This document shows, in pieces, positions 34,563-46,466 of a DNA stretch of 64,000 bases. The number at the start of each line of letters is the position of its first letter. The stretch's first letter is position 1. The DNA is from Pseudogymnoascus verrucosus (taxonomy: Eukaryota), in the NCBI GenBank assembly GCA_001662655.1, contig KV460254.1. One strand, written 5' to 3'. The notes beneath the pieces are model-generated. The model was not told where the DNA came from, did not search any database, and was given only the letters and a program-made list of their open reading frames with translations. The position numbers were made by a program, and so were the translations under genes.

Positions 34563-36014
34563 TTATTTGGAGGACCGCCCCTCACGCATCAGGGAATAAT
34601 ACGCAGCCTCCACGACTGCATCAACCTTGCGTTCCTTCTCCAAGGCCGACCTCTGGGTTTCAGTGAGCTGAGTTGTCCTCTCAGCAAGATAGGGCCTGTC
34701 GTAAGTTTGCTTGCCCGTTGAGGTAGAAGCGCCTACAGCTTCATCACTTTCGAATACTCTTGCCAGGCTGTCCCGAAAAGGGAGCCTCGTGTCTGCCTGA
34801 GTGCCCTTGGAAGCATACTCCGTATCAGCAGGAATTCCCCTCACATCGGCCCGCATGCTCATGAAGGTATGGGCATTGTTCAGAGCTTCGCCGTTTTTGA
34901 GTTCTTTTGCCAGGGATTTGCTTACAGGTGCCGAGGTTTCGTTTTCATCGGGGAAGCCCCTTGCATCGGTTCGCATGGTCATCAAGATACAGGCAGCATC
35001 CAGGACTTCGTCAATGTTCGTCTTTCTCACCAGAGCCAGCCTTTTCTTGTCATTGAGAAGATCCAAGTGGCGGTCGATAAGAGATATCTCCGCTGTGATG
35101 TCTTTTTTGTTCTCTTTGATCTCGTTGGCCCAGGGGTTTGGGAGTGGTCTCTTTGAGTTGAACTTCTTGCCAATTATGCCGTAAGGACCAGGGAAGAAGT
35201 CTGAGATCCTCCTAGGATCGTGGTCCTCGTTGTCACTAGAGGTCCATTCCGCCTCCGTTGCGTCGTTGTCATTCGCCTCTTGAAGGTTGGAAATAAATCT
35301 CTGGAACCTCGGTCCATAATCGTCCTTGTGACTGGGGATAATCAAGGGGAACTGTGCTTCAGTGCGATTCTTTTTGGCATTTTCCACTCTGGTGTTTTTC
35401 TTGGCCGCAGGTGCTGGCTTCCCTTGGTTTGGTTGTTGATATGTGGCTGCAGTCTTTTGCCTCTTGGGCGCGGGTGCTGCCTTGGCCGGAATCTCATCCG
35501 CAACAAAGGCCTCCTTTGTTCCCTTGTGGGCATCCTTGAGTTCTCTGTGGTGGGTCCTGCATGACGGGATGTCCGAGGCTGAAGTCAATCTTGGTTGAGC
35601 AGCGCTTCCAGGCTTGTGGTTGGCGACGTGGTTGGCGACGAGGTTGGCGATTTGTTCTTGCGCTTTATTCTGCGCCTTGAAGGTGGAATTTGCCTGGGCA
35701 CCATAGTCTGTCCAGTCCATATCATTGCTCTTGACGTGGACTCCATCACCACCCAGCATGCACCCATAACAGAACTGAGAAGTGCATGTCACGCAGCGCT
35801 GGAGAACCGAATCGTTTCGTTTTTCGCAGATATCACACTTGGCTGTGTGTATATACACAGGTACAAACTCCATGTGTGCCTCTTCGTTCATGGCAACTGG
35901 TTTGCCACGGGTAGCTTGTGAAGGCCCATTTCCTCGAGCCATCAAAAAGGACGCGGAGGCTTTGAAGCCTAAGTTTGGCGGCAAAGGAGTCGCTGGACGT
36001 TTTTTTCCTGCCAT
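34563..36014 (-). CDS. Hypothetical 483-aa protein with N-terminal ZZ/B-box-like zinc finger
   Basis: Uninterrupted ORF; C-x2-C-x10-C-x2-C-x4-C-x2-C-x7-H motif; basic NLS-like patches. Confidence 0.7.
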   Translation of the reverse strand: MAGKKRPATPLPPNLGFKASASFLMARGNGPSQATRGKPVAMNEEAHMEFVPVYIHTAKCDICEKRNDSVLQRCVTCTSQFCYGCMLGGDGVHVKSNDMDWTDYGAQANSTFKAQNKAQEQIANLVANHVANHKPGSAAQPRLTSASDIPSCRTHHRELKDAHKGTKEAFVADEIPAKAAPAPKRQKTAATYQQPNQGKPAPAAKKNTRVENAKKNRTEAQFPLIIPSHKDDYGPRFQRFISNLQEANDNDATEAEWTSSDNEDHDPRRISDFFPGPYGIIGKKFNSKRPLPNPWANEIKENKKDITAEISLIDRHLDLLNDKKRLALVRKTNIDEVLDAACILMTMRTDARGFPDENETSAPVSKSLAKELKNGEALNNAHTFMSMRADVRGIPADTEYASKGTQADTRLPFRDSLARVFESDEAVGASTSTGKQTYDRPYLAERTTQLTETQRSALEKERKVDAVVEAAYYSLMREGRSSK

Positions 36015-36147
36015 CTTGCAAAAATGAGGTGAGCAAGTGCTGTTGTTGTTACTGTACGGAAAGGCGAGCCTTGCTCGTCCTGAAGGGATGTGGTGTATTG
36101 ACGTGAGTCCTGGTGTGTTATAGGAAGAAAGACCTTATCCAATCTTT

Positions 36148-36514
36148 GAAGCAAGCTGCCGATGCTCCGAAATGTGAAGCTGCAGACGTTCAAAGCCTCA
36201 GAAGCAAGTTGTTGAGGCTGTCGAAGCTTCCAAGTGTGCGGGCGTTGATATTCACACTGTCGGAAGCAAGATGTTGTAGCTTCGAGGTGTGTAGTCACGG
36301 ACGTTTACAATCTCAGAAGCAAGTTGTTGTAGCTTCGGGTGTGAAGTTGCGGACGTCTACACCTTTGGAAGTAAGCTGGTTTCCAAGTGCCGAACTGTGG
36401 CGTTCACACCTGAACAAGCAAGTTGATGCAGCTTCTAAGTGTGAAGTTGTTGAGGTTGACACTCTCGGAAGCAAGTTTGTTGTAGCTTCCAAGTGTGTAG
36501 CGGGGGACGTTCAC
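36148..36514. repeat. Minisatellite, ~53 bp unit x7, degenerate
   Basis: GAAGCAAGTTGTTGTAGCTTC.AAGTGTG...GACGTTCAC units starting at ~36148, 36201, 36263, 36316, 36368, 36415 and 36468. Confidence 0.85.
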
Positions 36515-37513
36515 TTATATGATAGTTGCTACGCCGATGGATTTTATCCTTACCCAGGGCGGCTTTGCTACCTACTATCAATAGAGCGTCTCATCAAAGG
36601 ACAGGTAAACATACCTCCTGGAACGTTTAGTTTCGAATCTCTCAGTTTTGATTGCACACGGAATGTTGACGTGTAGAAGAATGCTTCTGTTGATGTTATG
36701 AGAGAAACGCAGAGGAAGCTCCTCACGTTTTCTGTTCTATTTATCCTTGGGTAGTTAAGCAAATGCCTGAATCAGCGTTTACCCCTACAGTGAGAATTCG
36801 AAATGTCTTGATAGAGTGAGTAGACGCCTGAATCAGACTTCAATCCCAAGGCGGAGACTCATTGTATTATGAGCGAGAATTGGAACCGTTTATCATACCA
36901 AATAGTTATTCTTCTCTTGCTTGAAACCGCCCCCAATTGCTTCCGGCAGTAGCTTTTATCATCTCATGGTACAGGCAATGCTTTACGGTAGAATATTATT
37001 GCAAGCTATTGACTTATGACTTATAGAGTTAAACCGTTGGGGGCCCGCCGCCGTCAAGATAGTATCGGCGGCATACAGCATAAAGAGGCCAAATACAAAG
37101 GTGTAATGTTGTGATTAATAGATATTAAATCGAGCCCCATACAATAATCCCTCAACTAACTTTATAATATTAAACGATACCTGAATCATTTCGTATGCTT
37201 TACGTTGCCTGGTATCCGTTGGAATCATTGAATACAATATGTACTAGCAAGTAATGCTGTTAGCGTATTTTCTTTGAACCACATACATTCATTGTTATTC
37301 GAATTACACTATGCTACATTATAGTCAATGTAAAATGCCACAATATCAGGTTATTTTGATGAACAACTTGAACGCCATTCTACAGTTATTTGCCTAATCC
37401 AAACCCACGAGCTACCTCTGACTACCAGACAAACCTCCGAGTAGAAACGGATTCAGCATAACTTGGAGTGATAACAACCAACACACCGACCAGAATTCAC
37501 AGTTACAAAGGAT

Positions 37514-38989
37514 CTATTCTGCCATTTCAATATCTCCCACAGCGTCGTTGGAAGCAGCTGGCGCAGCAGCCCCAGATGGCTTGTCAGCGCCATTCTCCTT
37601 GGCTCCGCCTCCCCAGTAGTCTTCCATCTCAGCATCGAGCTCCTCCTGAGTCTTCTTAGGACGGCGTGCTGACCTCCCGCCAGCCTCACGGCGGCTGTCT
37701 CCTCTCTCAGAACGGTCTCCCCTTTCCCTTCTGGCTCCGGGTGGGCGGCCATCGCGACGGCGTGGCATGGGGCTGCGAGATGAACGGTCGCGTCCAGGGA
37801 CATATCTGTCAACATTTGGTGGAGGAGGGCCGCTGACATCAGAGTGGCGGACCGGCGAATAAGAGCGGTCGCGCGAGCCAGCCGCTCTGGTGATACGGTC
37901 TGCCAACGGACGGGGCGGGAGTACGGCGCTGTCGAACGGGTTGCGTCTGCCGCCGCCACCTGGTCCAGACGGCACTGCTACCAGCCGGATGGGTTGACCT
38001 GTGCGGTGTTAATAAACCGAAAGAATAGAAAGAGCGGCACGGAGCTTTACCATTCGCATTTGCGCCGTCATACTCGCGGACGGCCGCGCTGGCATCACGA
38101 GCGGATTCGTAGGTCACGTAAGCAATGCCCTCGGACCGGCCTGCACGATCGTAAACGAGTTCTAATTTCGCAACTGGGCCAATGCGGTTGAAAAGGTCCT
38201 AGAGCTGTCAGCAATGCTCCGGATTTCGAGATTCCGGGTCTGCATACATCGAGATCGCTTTCCGTCAGGTCGTAGTGCACGTTGTCGACACGTAATTTCG
38301 AGCTTGCTGGTGCGCTGAATAGGGCAGTCAACATCTGTATTGTTTAGGAGGTACGGAACAGCATACTATGCTCTCTCGCGTTCTGGGGAGTATCGTCTTG
38401 GGCGTCCGGCATTGCTTGATGCTATCCGTCAATCAGTATGATGCTTCGGGATCTGCGTGATTCGAACATACTATTATCATTGTATTTGTCGTGTACCCAT
38501 TCACTACTGAAGATCAGCGTCTGGCTATGGCTGACTTGTAAACATTTTAACGCACGAATCAAGATCTCTGGGCTCGTCTCGAATCGACTGTATCCAAAGA
38601 AAGTCCGGCGTTAGCTGGTTCTCGTATACGTTTATGCTTCAGGCAGCCATTCGGAATGCCGCTCCAATTGGATCCGGCTGCGATTGCCGCTGAGGAGATG
38701 CGAAAGAGGTTCTGGAGGAGGGAGGAGCTGTATAAACCTGGGAGTGCAGCATTAGCAAATCTGGGTCCCCTGCGCGTGTCGCGGTGGATGTTGAGCAACC
38801 TTTCTTATGCCATCCCGAGGGTATTCAGTTCTATCGTTGCGACGGCCACCGCGTCTTGGTCCTCGAGAGTCTTTGTTCTGCTATCGGGGACAGTCAGCGC
38901 CAATGTACGAGAGGGGCAAGGCTGAAAGGCTGAGTTCAACACAAACATACATGGCGCTCAGAAACAATGTCATCTAAGCTGCGATCCAT
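37514..38989 (-). CDS. Yra1/ALYREF (THOC4)-like mRNA export adaptor: N-terminal REF motif, RRM, C-terminal FoP/REF motif; 8 exons
   Basis: MDRSLDDIV, SEWVHDKY, RRM KLRVDNVHYDLTESDLD...YDRAGRSEGIAYVTY...YDGANANGQPI, KTQEELDAEMEDYW; exon phases checked. Confidence 0.88.
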
Positions 38990-39387
38990 TGCGCAGGTAG
39001 TAGAATAGGAGATAAATGGGCTATGCGCGTAGAGAGGGTTGCAGTATGAATGCTTGTATGTATAGAAGTGAAACACGTTCCGAGTTTTGCAGGTGGACCT
39101 GGATTGATGTCGTCCAGCTTTCGCTAAACTTTTCTGTTTACCTTGCTGGTTACGATTTAAGCGCTAAGCGCCAGTATCGCCCCAGTACTGAAGACATCGC
39201 CAGCTGTGCGGATGCAAAACCGACCCATCTAATACAAGCATCCAGCGCGAAAATAACCTTGGTTGCAAATAAGACACCTGGAAGCGACGAGCAGTTGCAT
39301 ACTCGTAGCACTTTGACTTGACAGTGTTGCATTTGAGGGAGGCGTTCAGCACAGTCCCTGGCCAACTTTTATGTGACTTTCTTGGCT

Positions 39388-41174
39388 ATGAAGGGGATCT
39401 GTAAGCAATTGGTAGCTGGTCTGTTGCTAAGGCCTAAATATTTGCAGAGTGTTCCCCGCGTAACACTTATTTCCAAACAATATTATGGCAGTGCCGAAAG
39501 GCCGTCACGTCTGGTCAAATCAGAAAAATCTTGGCGGAAGCAATTTAGTATAACGACGGGATCGCCAGCTTCGCTAGTAAGTTAAATCCTAAATTTATAC
39601 TATTGGGAAATACCTAAATAAGCTGGAAACTGGTATAAATATGTACTTACATGCCTACAGAAACCCAATGACATCTTGAGCAAAATCAAAGAGGTTCAAA
39701 GTTCGTTTGATTCAGAACAATACACGGATTTACTCGCCAATACGGAAAAAACCGTTGTTATACTGTCTACTCCTTCGTTTTCAACGTGGCTTGAAAATGG
39801 CCCGTTTATCCCAAATCTTCTTCAAACAATATTTCCGGCTGCGCCGGATGCCACAGAGGTAGAGACTATCCTGGGGGTGGTTGACGGCTTGGCACCCCCC
39901 AATATCTCCGACTTAGAGAGTGATAGGATCACACCGACAGAGGGGTTCGGTATTTCCATCATTCTAAGCAAGCCAGGGGAATATCAAGGCGAACGCAGAC
40001 TCAAGCAAAGCTCCGTGGACTCCAGATCAAATCCGACTGATAGCTCAAGCATCACCGTTAGAATCCATGATCCAACGGTTGTCGAGCCTACGAAGACTGC
40101 TCAGACTCAGAAGCATTCAGATATCACCATGCCTCTCGCTAACACGACTTTCCGTAACGGGCGCACATCCACACTTCTTGAAGTGCGTTGGAAAAGAAGC
40201 TCTCCGGAGAGCCAATATGAGCAAACTGGAAGTAGTGAGCTAGAGTCTTTGACCATCTCTGATACCTTCTCTGGGAAGCTATTCGAAAACTCCACCAGCA
40301 TCCCCCTGGAACCTATTACCGAGACCAGACATGTCGCCAGCGGACTCGGGAACATAGTGCGAACTCTCACGGATGCTAGCGGGAAAGAAATACCGGCATC
40401 TAGTGAGCTTGAAGCGAGTGTGGTCTCGTATCTGTCGTCGCGAGGATTGCCGGAGCAAACAGTTGGCGTATGGGCCTTGGTTTTTCCCGGTGAAGTCTAT
40501 GAATCCGACCTTGGTAAATGGGCCAAAGACTACCCTACTCGCGTCTGGGATGCGATAAGAAATGGAGCTAGCCTCCACCGTGTCGGTATGTTTATATATC
40601 CCCATGTGTCCCGCATATGCCACTATTTGTGTCCAACTAACGGGTCATAGTATCTGGTGGTGGCGGCTGGGGAATCAAAGCAGGCCTCCTTTCTCTCGAC
40701 CCTGAAACACAGTTCGGTTCTGGTGAAGCTCGATATGACTTCTCCCAGCCAGGATCCGCTCTCGACAGCGACGCCGAGCAGACGCGAGCCCTTGGCCAAA
40801 TCGCAAAAGCAGGGACTTATATACAGTTCTTAATTGCGCACCAGCAACTGGATCAAATTGCTGGTGCAATTCCGCCTCTAAACAAGGCTGAGCAATTGGA
40901 GCCCCGCAAGGTAGATAGCACTACCCCGTCGATTCTGCTCGGCTGCATCCCATCCACCATCGATGATATTCCATTGCCGCCCTTGGAGATGTCTGGGGAC
41001 GAAGCACGGAAGGGACTCGCAGTGGCTTATAACCAACTAAGCATACTCTCTGAGAAGGGTCTGTATTTACGCCGGGAAGACGCAGAGCAGACCAATATCC
41101 CAGCTCATTTCACCAGAGTCGACATTCCTGGTGGAGCTATCAGAGGGCAGATGGGACAAGAAGCTGAGAGCTGA
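39388..41174 (+). CDS. Conserved fungal hypothetical protein with possible mitochondrial presequence; introns ~39577-39660 and 40586-40650
   Basis: PLANTTFRNGRTSTL, SGLGNIVR, PASSELE, LHRV-VSGGGGWGIKAGLLSLDP motifs; basic N-terminus. Confidence 0.7.
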
Positions 41175-42037
41175 ATCTTTAGTGCGTTAATTGAGCGTGT
41201 AAACATAGTGTGATATATAGACATATATAAGCATGTACGATAGATATGATGGAATTTTACGAGGGCATTTTCATCCGTCTGACTCGAGGAAGCAAAGAAA
41301 GCGGAATGGCAGTCGCCTTGGACATCAACGACACGTTCAGAGTTCCTCTTCGGACTTTTGGGCGGCATACGTAGTGTCACTAGGCCCCACCTCCCCCACA
41401 CCCCGGAAGCTCCCACAAGCTCCGTACCACCCCACCCAGCGCCATCAGTGTCAACGGTCTGTCATAAACAGACCATTGGGCAGCCTCCTCATCATGTCCC
41501 ATCATCGTCGTCGTTATCACATCCCATAGTCGTCGTAATACAATCCCGGCACGACGATCCACTTGCCCCCATCCACTCGGGACAGCGGTTCCCAGAGACC
41601 GATCGGCCCGTCCAATCATTAGCGCCACTATAGCGAAGCCATCGATGCAAGGTTGCCAGACATTCTTAGCGTGCTTACAGGTCTCTGATATCCAAGGTGA
41701 CGGCCATGCCCACCTTCTTGCTTCGTGAGGGCTTCGGCCTGTCTTCAGCATCAGTCGCTGTGTGATATCGCTTTTACTCCGCGACATTGCGGTGTGTTGT
41801 GGTGTCAGGTGGCCTTGGCGGCCGTTCCTTCTCTGTACTACTTGTACAAGGCTTTTTGACTCGGAAGGGTTGCCTCGGTTTTTCTTTCCCGTGCCCACTC
41901 GCGTGTGGCATCATCCTCCATCTCCCGTTATTCTTATAAAGCTTTGAGGTTTAAGTTTCACATTTCTCATTATTATCAATACAACCAACATCACCCACAA
42001 GGTCACACAGACGGTACAGCAATTGGAAGCACTTAAA

Positions 42038-43845
42038 ATGGTCTCTAAATACACGCTATTTGCTGTAGTGGCAGCTGTAGTGTCATATTTGGTTGGGAAC
42101 GGTGTCATAACTCCGCCATGGTATCTTGCATTTGGATATGTAGGAATCTTTATCGAAGGATTCCTGGTACAGTTTACAGTCTGGGCTTTCTACAGCGTAT
42201 TGTTGAAGCATAGGCTGAGCCCATTGAGGCACCTGCCCGGCCCAAAGGTTTGTGAACCTCTGGTAGAGACTCTCTACAGTGACCACTGAGCTAAAAAATT
42301 TTTATGTCCGTTAGGATAACGGTTTATTCATGGGACAATGGGACAATATGGTTGGAGAACAATTGGGCGGTCCACAGCGAACATGGTAAGTCGCATTGAG
42401 TCACATTACTTCGTATTAGTTCCCCTTATTCTAACATCCTCAGGGCTAGAACAATCCCCAACGATGGCATTATTCGTTTCTTGGGCATCTTCAACAAGGA
42501 GCGCCTCTTAATCACCTCTCCTAAGGCCCTCTCCGAGGTCCTCACTACTAAGTCCTATGATTTCATAAAGCCTTACGAGTTCTCCGTAGGTATTGGGCGT
42601 CTACTCGGCATCGGTGTGCTTCTGGCCGAAGGCGATGAGCACAAGTTTCAACGCAAGAACTTGATGCCCGCGTTCGCTTTTCGCCACGTTAAAAGCCTCT
42701 TTCCGATCTTCTGGTCCAAGTCGGTCGAGGTTGTGTTTGCCATAGACAACGAGATCAAAAACACCGCCGGCGCCCCTCCTTCAGAAGCTGCTATCGACGC
42801 GGGAATCAGCCGAGACGTCAAGGTAAACAGCGATCAGGCTATCGTCTCCGTCGGGCAGTGGTTCAACCGAGCGACCCTAGACATCATTGGGCTCGCCGGA
42901 ATGGGACAGGACTTTAATGCTATCGCCGACCCCACCGGAGACCTGTATCAAGCATACGTCAGGACGTTCCGGCCTTCTCGCGAGGCTTTTGCTCTGCAAA
43001 TCTTGTCCTTATTTATCTCCCACGCCATCATTAGGCATTTACCCTTCAAGCACAACAGGGAAGTGAACAAATCCGTCAAAATAATTCGCGACATCTCCCG
43101 AGACCTCATCATCAAGAAGAAGGAACGCCTCGCGAAAGGCTTAGAAGCAGACAAGGACATCCTCAGCGTGGCTCTCGAGTCCGGAGCCTTTACTGACGAC
43201 CAACTCGTCGACCAGGTCATGACCTTCCTCGCCGCCGGTCATGAAACAACTGCTACAGCAATGATTTGGGCCATCTACCTACTCGGCCTACACCCAGCCA
43301 TACAGACGCGTCTGCGCGCCGAAGTCCGCGCCAGCCTCCCAAGCCCCGACTCTGGCGACTCCATCACAGCGGCGGACATCGAGCGGCTGCCCTACCTAAA
43401 CGCCGTGTGCGCGGAAGTCCTGCGGCACCACTCCCCCGTGCCGATGACGCTGCGGGAGGCCAACGTCAACACTTCGATCCAGGGGGTTCCCGTCCCCAAG
43501 GGCACGATGCTGTACCTGGTGCCGTGGGCGACGAACCGCGACCCGAAGCTCTGGGGCCCGGATGTGGATGAGTTCGAGCCGGAGCGCTGGCTGCGGGACG
43601 CGAGTGGGGGTGCGGAGACGAACTATGCGTTCCTGACGTTCATACATGGGCCGCGCAGTTGCATTGGAGAGAAGTTTGCGAGAGGCGAGTTTGCGTGTTT
43701 GGTGGCGGCTTTTGTGGGGAGGTTTGAGTTTGAGTTGGCGGATCCCAGGATGGAGGATGAGAGGACGATTCCGATTAAGAGGGGGGCTACGAGCAAGCCG
43801 GAGAATGGGCTGTGGATTAAGACGAGGAAGGTGGAGGGGTGGTAG
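42038..43845 (+). CDS. Cytochrome P450 monooxygenase; two introns in the 5' part
   Basis: N-terminal TM anchor and SPLRHLPGP; AAGHETT, EVLR, FEPERW, FIHGPRSCIG heme motif. Confidence 0.93.
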
Positions 43846-44130
43846 GGTGGTAGGTGATAGGATGATAAGATGATAGGATGGTTTATGAAGATGGGATGAA
43901 AAAGCGGAATGAATGAGCGAGGTTTATATACTTCCGGAGAGGGTGTTCTTGCTAAAGTGACAGACGCACAATAGTCAAGGAGTATGTATGTACTGTACAT
44001 ACACGACGAGAAGTACTATGAGTATAATGTTAGTCATCCTACTGTTCGTGAGTAGCTGGTTTGTTTCGTCGTCTTTGGTATCTTTGATAATATGCCTATT
44101 TGATATGCCGCGTCGGTATGAGTGTCTGGC

Positions 44131-44310
44131 ATGTCTGCCTTGATCTCCAAACCGTCTGATATGCCTACCTTGGTCTCCAAACTGTCTGACATGCCCGCCT
44201 AGATCTCCAAACTGTCTGACAGGTCTGCCTTCACCTCCAAACCGTCTGATATGCCACCCTTCATCACCAAACCGTCCGACATGCCTGCCTTGATCTCTAT
44301 ACCGTCTGTG
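44131..44310. repeat. 30-bp tandem repeat x6
   Basis: ATGYCTGCCTTGATCTCCAAACCGTCTGAY consensus, exact 30-bp period. Confidence 0.92.
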
Positions 44311-44390
44311 AACACACTACCACCCGCTGCCCGCTTCCACCTGCTTCACGAATTCAAACCTGACCGTTGATTGGCCAATGCAGGCACTTT

Positions 44391-44440
44391 ACGCGTAAAG
44401 GACGCGACTACCTCGACGCGTCAAAACGCGCAAGACGCGT
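44391..44440. promoter_or_regulatory. MCB (MluI cell-cycle box) cluster
   Basis: ACGCGT at 44391, 44416 and 44435; ACGCGA at 44402; ACGCGC at 44426; ATTGGCCAAT double CCAAT just upstream. Confidence 0.7.
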
Positions 44441-45026
44441 CTCTCAGACAACACTACTACTAAACAGGAATAGCGCAGGACCTTCACAAGGGCGCAAGAC
44501 GCGGGTCCCACCAGTTTCTACTAAACTATTTCCAGTTAGCCTGCACCCCTTGAACACCCTTTCAACCCTCACCCGCCCCGTCACGCGCCGCCCGAAGCAC
44601 CCCGTCTCAGCCAATCACACAGCATCGTGCCCTCGGAGCGGGGACACCAGGCTACCCTCAGGCTGCCCATATTAAGGCCTGTGTTGGCCCGTCCCGCCAG
44701 ACCCCTTCCCTCGTCCTGTTATCCACCCACATCCGTTGTTACCGTTGTTCCTGCGCATCATATCGCATCGCACTGCATAACACCGGACACTTCACCGCGC
44801 ATATCGATCCATAACTGCCCGTCGGCCCCACGAGGAGCACAGCACAGCTCGCCGTCGCACATACTCCGCGCAGCTATAAGCCATTCAATTCATATCTCCT
44901 ATACATACCCGCGACACACAGGCCTTCACCTCGCCCCGGCCCGCGCGCGCAATCCGCGACCGTCACCGCCCGGCCGCAGCCGGCGCACAAACCACCATCA
45001 CAATCATAACCTCAACCACGACGACA

Positions 45027-45821
45027 ATGCTCCTCCCTGCGCTCTGCCCGCCCCCTCGCCGCGCCCCGCTCCCACCTTCTCTCTTCGCTTCCCCGCCCGC
45101 CTCCCCCTCGCAACAGACCACGTCCTCGCACTCCGCCCTCCTCGCCACATGTCGCGCCCTCCAGAGCATGCTCGCCTCGCCGCAGCCTCAGACGCAGCTT
45201 CCAACCCCGCCGATGCGACACGTTCCGCTGCCGTCGCCGATGAAGCTGCGTCTGCGGTCGTCCACGTCGCGGCCGTCGTCGAGTGATGCTAGCGCTGCGG
45301 CAGTTGCTGAGGCGCCGCTGCCGGTGAAACCGATACCGAGGAAGAGGATAGTGAAGCGTGCGTCGCCGAGGGGGGCGGGGAAGAGGCGAAGGGGAGTGGT
45401 AGAGGAGGACGAGGAGGAGGAAGGGCCGAGGACGCCGAAGAGGAGTAGAGGCGTGCCGGAGATGATGCCGTTGGGGCTTGTGAGGAGGGATTTTGAGAGG
45501 TTACATGATGCGCATCAGTATCGAAGTGAGGAGGCGGATGCGCTGGGGATAGTGGGAGGCCCGGTGGGGGAGACGTCCGAGGTGGTGGATGAGGGTGAGG
45601 GGGATGAAGGGGAATGGACGGATGAGGAGGATAGGGTGCTTGTTGAACTTGTGTTGCAGAAGTTGAAGCTTAGTCGGAGAGAGTGGATGGACTGTGCGAA
45701 GATGGTTGGGAGGGATAGGCGGAGTGTGGGGAGGAGGTGGAGCAGTCTTGTTGGGGGAGGGGAAGTGGGGTTGAAGAGGAGGGGGAGGGAGAGGGGTGAG
45801 TTGCCTGGGACGTGGCGGTAG
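45027..45821 (+). CDS. Myb/SANT-like domain protein with Pro/Ser-rich N-terminus
   Basis: C-terminal WTDEEDRVLVELV...W..CAKMVGR....VGRRW Trp-spaced Myb-like repeat; S/T-P sites. Confidence 0.75.
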   Translation: MLLPALCPPPRRAPLPPSLFASPPASPSQQTTSSHSALLATCRALQSMLASPQPQTQLPTPPMRHVPLPSPMKLRLRSSTSRPSSSDASAAAVAEAPLPVKPIPRKRIVKRASPRGAGKRRRGVVEEDEEEEGPRTPKRSRGVPEMMPLGLVRRDFERLHDAHQYRSEEADALGIVGGPVGETSEVVDEGEGDEGEWTDEEDRVLVELVLQKLKLSRREWMDCAKMVGRDRRSVGRRWSSLVGGGEVGLKRRGRERGELPGTWR

Positions 45822-46210
45822 AGTGCTAGGCTTGTAATCGATAGGTCGGGTTTGGGGTTTGGGGTGTTACATTGGATATCCCGTCTAAGGACGACGAATG
45901 CTATTTGGGTTATATATATATTTATCTAGTCACGGATCACTTCCATCAATCATAACTTTGGTTCTCTTCGCATCATATTTGTAGCCCGTACACATTCCCT
46001 GTTGATAGTTGTCTCTTCTCTTGCCTCCTACCCCTGATACTAAACCTGCAAATATACGACCCGCTTGTCTCTGTGGTTGCTGTAACCTCTTCTTCGTTAT
46101 TAATCCTCGGCGATCCAGCACTTCAATGGGACCAGCTGGATTGCACAACTCTGGTTAACCTCGCCGATGCTCTTACAGCATGGTCGCAGCCGCGGAGTCC
46201 ACAAGTATCA

Positions 46211-46466
46211 CTAAAACAGCATCACCAAACTACCCCAAGGACTGGTCCTTCCCATCACCGTCGCACCTGAAGAACTCATATCACACCTCCAGCCCCTCCT
46301 ATAAAGAAGTCGGGGTGATTCGCCGTGTAGTTGCCTAGATACCATTGCGTTTTTCAGGCCTTCACTCCAATAGGAATTTCAGGCTTCTTATTATCCATAC
46401 CTTCTATAGGGCGCAACTTCAGGCGACGGGGGACAGTAGGATTGCAATAGTTGGACTGGAAGATAT
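46211..46466 (-). pseudogene. Decayed tandem paralog of the 47161-47562 gene
   Basis: Residual SGATVMGRTSPWGSLVMLF vs SAAVQGRTSWGGLVVLC; ATA at the expected start position; upstream region 46483-46806 matches 47564-47885. Confidence 0.6.

Noticed and set aside
36113..36676. 187-aa plus-strand ORF
   Set aside because: Runs through the minisatellite, whose units change reading frame, and has a non-ATG start
38738..38800. Stwintron interpretation of Yra1-like intron 2
   Set aside because: Excising the inner intron does not rebuild a split canonical donor in the D1,2 arrangement checked; an alternative acceptor is the simpler reading
36148..44310. CRISPR-like appearance of the 53-bp and 30-bp arrays
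   Set aside because: Units are contiguous degenerate tandem copies without unique spacers; no cas genes; fungal genome
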